DNA of 64,000 nt. Source: Mustelus asterias. Its lineage: Eukaryota. Within the stretch, counting starts at the first letter, position 1, and every line of letters starts with the position of its first letter. The stretch spans positions 682,001-746,000 of the forward strand of contig NW_027590138.1 of NCBI RefSeq assembly GCF_964213995.1, in the 5' to 3' direction. Below are positions 63,336 to 64,000 of the stretch, in pieces. Under the pieces are notes generated by a model. The model was not told the origin of the DNA. It did not search any database and saw only the letters and a list, made by a program, of their open reading frames with translations. A program made the translations under genes and the position numbers.

Positions 63336-64000
63336 GGAAGTCAACAAAACAAGATTCTCATCAGGACTGTTGTTAAAGAGGGAAACATCTCACTGCAGTG
63401 AATTGGAATGCAATCAAACTGAATGATGACCGTATAACATTTCCAATCTCTCGGGCGTGGATAGAGAGGTGAAATAGCTTTTGGTTTTCCAGTACCTCTT
63501 CTGGGTGCTCTAATTTAAATCGCTACTCTATAATGGTGAGAATTCCCTGCAGTCGATAGCGGCGGACATTGGGTCCTCAGCGATTGGAAAAGACCAGAAC
63601 GGGAAATAGATAAACAACACATTGTAAATGAACTAAATGGTGAGGGAAAGCGGATTGTCTATTTGATGGATTTGAGCAGAATGGGGATGTGTGTTCAGCC
63701 CACGGACTCGGTGATCATGAGTTGATTTGATAATTAGAAATTAGATTATTTATTTTTAAAAGTTGAAGTTTATCTATTAGTGAAAAGTAAGGCTTACATT
63801 AACGCTGCAATGAAGTTACTGTGAAATTCCCCTAGTCGCCACACTCTGGTGCCTGTTCTGTTCAATGCACCAAACCAACACATCTTTCAGTCTGTGGGAG
63901 GAAACCGGGGCACCAGGAAGAAATCCACGTCGACAAGGGGAGAACGTGCAAACTTCACACAGACAGTGACCCAAAACGGGAATCGAACACAGGTCCGTGG

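Noticed and set aside
1-64000. CRISPR array or other prokaryotic system
   Set aside because: The sequence is vertebrate, with spliceosomal introns, LINEs and SINEs; no repeat-spacer array was seen.

Overview
Repeat-rich vertebrate genomic DNA, almost certainly from a shark: it carries HE1/V-SINE-type SINEs and dense CR1 LINEs. The window covers part of the T-cell receptor alpha/delta locus. A complete constant gene lies on the + strand, most likely TCR-delta (TRDC): Ig exon 6169-6480, hinge 9207-9269, TM exon 11810-11920, and a probable 3'UTR exon from 12495. About 22 kb of transposon and CA-rich sequence follows. From ~34 kb to ~62.5 kb there is a cluster of TRAV/TRDV-type V segments in both orientations: three intact with leader, one intact exon without a clear leader, one intact exon with a broken leader donor, three pseudogenes and two relics. 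These are interspersed with tRNA-Val units and a tRNA-Arg pseudogene. I found no J or D segments. Most long ORFs in the ORF track are LINE RT fragments or microsatellite artefacts, and the track misses the V exon at 40650-40951. The most notable observations are: (i) three V segments share a 24-bp (not 23-bp) RSS spacer and a CTCF-type motif 19-25 bp beyond the nonamer; (ii) a mixed-orientation V cluster lies 3' of C-delta; (iii) two V pseudogenes have lesions centred on the RAG cleavage site; (iv) a phased CRE array precedes one V; (v) a MYB/RUNX/GATA/ETS cluster is a candidate enhancer; (vi) an in-frame tail extension sits behind the TRDC stop codon. All calls were made by eye and repeat boundaries are approximate.
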